From: a virus
Strand: one strand, 5' to 3'
IMG/VR virus record: IMGVR_UViG_3300028025_000020
DNA length: 31,539 nucleotides
This document shows positions 30,071-31,539 of the stretch, piece after piece (within the stretch, counting starts at the first letter, position 1; the number at the start of each line of letters is the position of its first letter). Below the pieces are notes generated by a model. The model ran no database searches. It was not told the origin of the DNA and saw only the letters and a list, made by a program, of their open reading frames with translations. The position numbers and the translations under genes are program-made.

Positions 30071-30571
30071 TTATGTAAATATTTTTTGTGCTAAGTGGTC
30101 AGCGATTGACTGACTCAACGTATCTAAACGCTTTTGGTTCAACGTAGGTGCAATAAATGGACGTGCTTTTGTACCAGTTTGACCTATATTTTTTACAATT
30201 ACCTTTGCAATTACACTTTCTATACCTTTATTGAAAGCCGATTTAAACACGCCATAACGTCGTTTTTCCTTCATCCATTGCAAGATGTCCTTATAAGCTA
30301 CTTGTTTAGCTTGTTGCCCTTCTTCTACGTTAATATAGTAGTCGTTCATTATCACTATGTAGTTCACTCCCTTTGCACTTGCCCTAATAACGGGCTTAAT
30401 GTCAGCAGAAAGTGAACCACTTGCATTCGATTTGTTCTTTGCTAATTTATCCCGTAGTGCCGTAATTAAATCATTGCCCCAATTAACAATAATACCGTTA
30501 ATGTCAGGGGTTTTTAAATCATCAAATAACGATTTCTTTACGCCAATGTCAGATAAATCAACTTGCTTCAT
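30071..30571 (-). CDS. HK97 gp10-like neck/tail-completion protein (tentative)
   Basis: ORF track, 166 aa. SGSLSADIKP... and the C-terminal GTKARPFIAPTL resemble the gp10-family signature (G T...PF..PA). Confidence 0.4.
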   Translation of the reverse strand: MKQVDLSDIGVKKSLFDDLKTPDINGIIVNWGNDLITALRDKLAKNKSNASGSLSADIKPVIRASAKGVNYIVIMNDYYINVEEGQQAKQVAYKDILQWMKEKRRYGVFKSAFNKGIESVIAKVIVKNIGQTGTKARPFIAPTLNQKRLDTLSQSIADHLAQKIFT

Positions 30572-31197
30572 AACGTCTTTAACGCTTCAATTAGTTTTGG
30601 ATGAGGGTAAACATCAGCTTTGTCTTTGCGTACGCTATTATGCGTAAAAACACCATTTGAACCACTTAACGCACGTTTGGTAACGTCCCAAATATCGGCG
30701 TTATAAGTTAAATCAATTCCGTATTTATCCTTCCAAAGTTTTAACAAGTCTACCACCGATGCTATTTGTTCATCTGTGTAGTTTTGCCAGTACTTTTGTC
30801 CTTTATATGGCGTTGCAAGTTCGCACACTTGGTCACTTGGAACTTCTGAGTTGACATAGCTATAGAACTTATCGCCTTTTTTAACCAAGTAACCCCAGTT
30901 AACTATCTCAATACCTATTGAAATTTTATCTAAGTTCAAAAATGGTAAACTATTTGCTTTAAAAGGTGCACTTGTTAGCCCTAAGTGATAAGCCCAATGT
31001 TCAGATTTAAAGCCCTGAAAGATTGTGCCATCACGTCCGATAACTACACACGTACCTATTTTACCGATTTTGTCATTTTCCCAAATAGCGAAAACATTAT
31101 CGCCTTTGCCAGTACCAGCAGTGTGATGCAAGTATATTTGTTTTTTGGGTGCGACCTCTTTATAGTAGTCGTTAAATGCTATTTGTTTTAGTTTCAT
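30568..31197 (-). CDS. N-acetylmuramoyl-L-alanine amidase (Amidase_2/PGRP type) endolysin
   Basis: ORF track, 209 aa. IYLHHTAG, ISIGIEIVNWG and FTHNSVRKDKADVYP correspond to the zinc-binding and catalytic positions of T7-lysozyme-like amidases. Confidence 0.75.
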   Translation of the reverse strand: MKLKQIAFNDYYKEVAPKKQIYLHHTAGTGKGDNVFAIWENDKIGKIGTCVVIGRDGTIFQGFKSEHWAYHLGLTSAPFKANSLPFLNLDKISIGIEIVNWGYLVKKGDKFYSYVNSEVPSDQVCELATPYKGQKYWQNYTDEQIASVVDLLKLWKDKYGIDLTYNADIWDVTKRALSGSNGVFTHNSVRKDKADVYPHPKLIEALKTL

Positions 31198-31387
31198 TGA
31201 TTAGCTTGTTTAAATACCATTGTGCTTTTAATAAATCTTCGTGTCCGTTTTTTCTTTCGTATCTCCAAATGTATTTTATTACATTGCCCTTTAAATAGCC
31301 CTTAAATGATTCTTGAGACATTGTGCTTTTGATAGCGTCGATGCATTCGATTTCACCTTTGTAGTGTAGTGGGTTAATATTACTCAT
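31172..31387 (-). CDS. DUF3310-family protein
   Basis: ORF track, 71 aa. NPLHYKGEIECIDAI...FKGYLKGNVIKYIWRYERKNGHEDLLKAQWYLNKL matches the characteristic DUF3310 pattern. Confidence 0.7.
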   Translation of the reverse strand: MSNINPLHYKGEIECIDAIKSTMSQESFKGYLKGNVIKYIWRYERKNGHEDLLKAQWYLNKLINETKTNSI

Positions 31388-31539
31388 ACTATTTTGCCGT
31401 TAATGATTCTCATATTATTAACGTGGAATGTATCATCTTGGTTTACATCTACACAAGCAAAGCCGTGTGACCATTTAGTATAGGCAAAAGGTCGGTAGTC
31501 AGGTGATAATGTACATAAACAACCAGTCGACCATACGCC
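31384..31539 (-). CDS. 3' end of the same metallophosphoesterase gene (right-edge copy)
   Basis: In-frame continuation of the 1..958 gene across the repeat. The TGA stop at 31384-31386 overlaps the ATG of the next gene (ATGA). Confidence 0.75.
   Translation of the reverse strand, partial: GVWSTGCLCTLSPDYRPFAYTKWSHGFACVDVNQDDTFHVNNMRIINGKIV
31413..31539. repeat. Terminal direct repeat, right copy (identical to 1..127)
   Basis: Same 127-nt string as 1..127. Consistent with a circular contig overlap or terminal redundancy. Confidence 0.95.

Overview
The window is a complete, circularly closed genome of a lytic tailed phage. About 31.4 kb is unique: bases 1-127 recur exactly at 31413-31539, so one gene wraps the junction. 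Every credible gene is on the minus strand. Genes are tightly packed, often with ATGA-type start/stop overlaps. The start codons I inspected lack Shine-Dalgarno sequences, and the intergenic promoters fit the Bacteroidota type (-33 TTTG / -7 TAnnTTTG), so the host is probably Bacteroidota, perhaps Flavobacteriia-like. Gene order in the direction of transcription (descending coordinates): (1) early genes from about 30057: HTH regulator, acidic protein, Erf annealase, YqaJ-like exonuclease and many small orphans; (2) a promoter plus strong terminator checkpoint at 25404-25511; (3) replication genes: PD-(D/E)XK nuclease, replisome organizer with internal iterons, DnaB helicase, an ABC-ATPase-GNAT fusion, a DnaA-domain-IV-only protein and an ECF-like sigma factor; (4) methyltransferase, HNH, TerS, glycosyltransferase and TerL; (5) a 367-nt non-coding region with two tandem promoter-terminator units; (6) structural genes: tail/host-recognition proteins, tape-measure-like protein, XkdF-like protease, scaffold, major capsid, portal-MuF fusion, neck proteins, then phosphoesterase, DUF3310 and the amidase endolysin. 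The most interesting signals are: (a) a low-GC ABC-NBD+GNAT fusion gene with no described role; (b) a 28-nt bipartite motif (GYAACAAAWTW-N9-CTAATATA) present four times, each directly upstream of a structural-gene start, plausibly the regulon of the phage sigma factor; (c) promoter-proximal intrinsic terminators that suggest read-through or antitermination control and/or two ~55-60 nt sRNAs; (d) iterons inside the replisome-organizer gene; (e) a DnaA domain IV-only protein; (f) a 74-aa protein ending in an SSB-like DLPF tip. All functional calls rest on motifs read by eye from the translations. No database search was possible.
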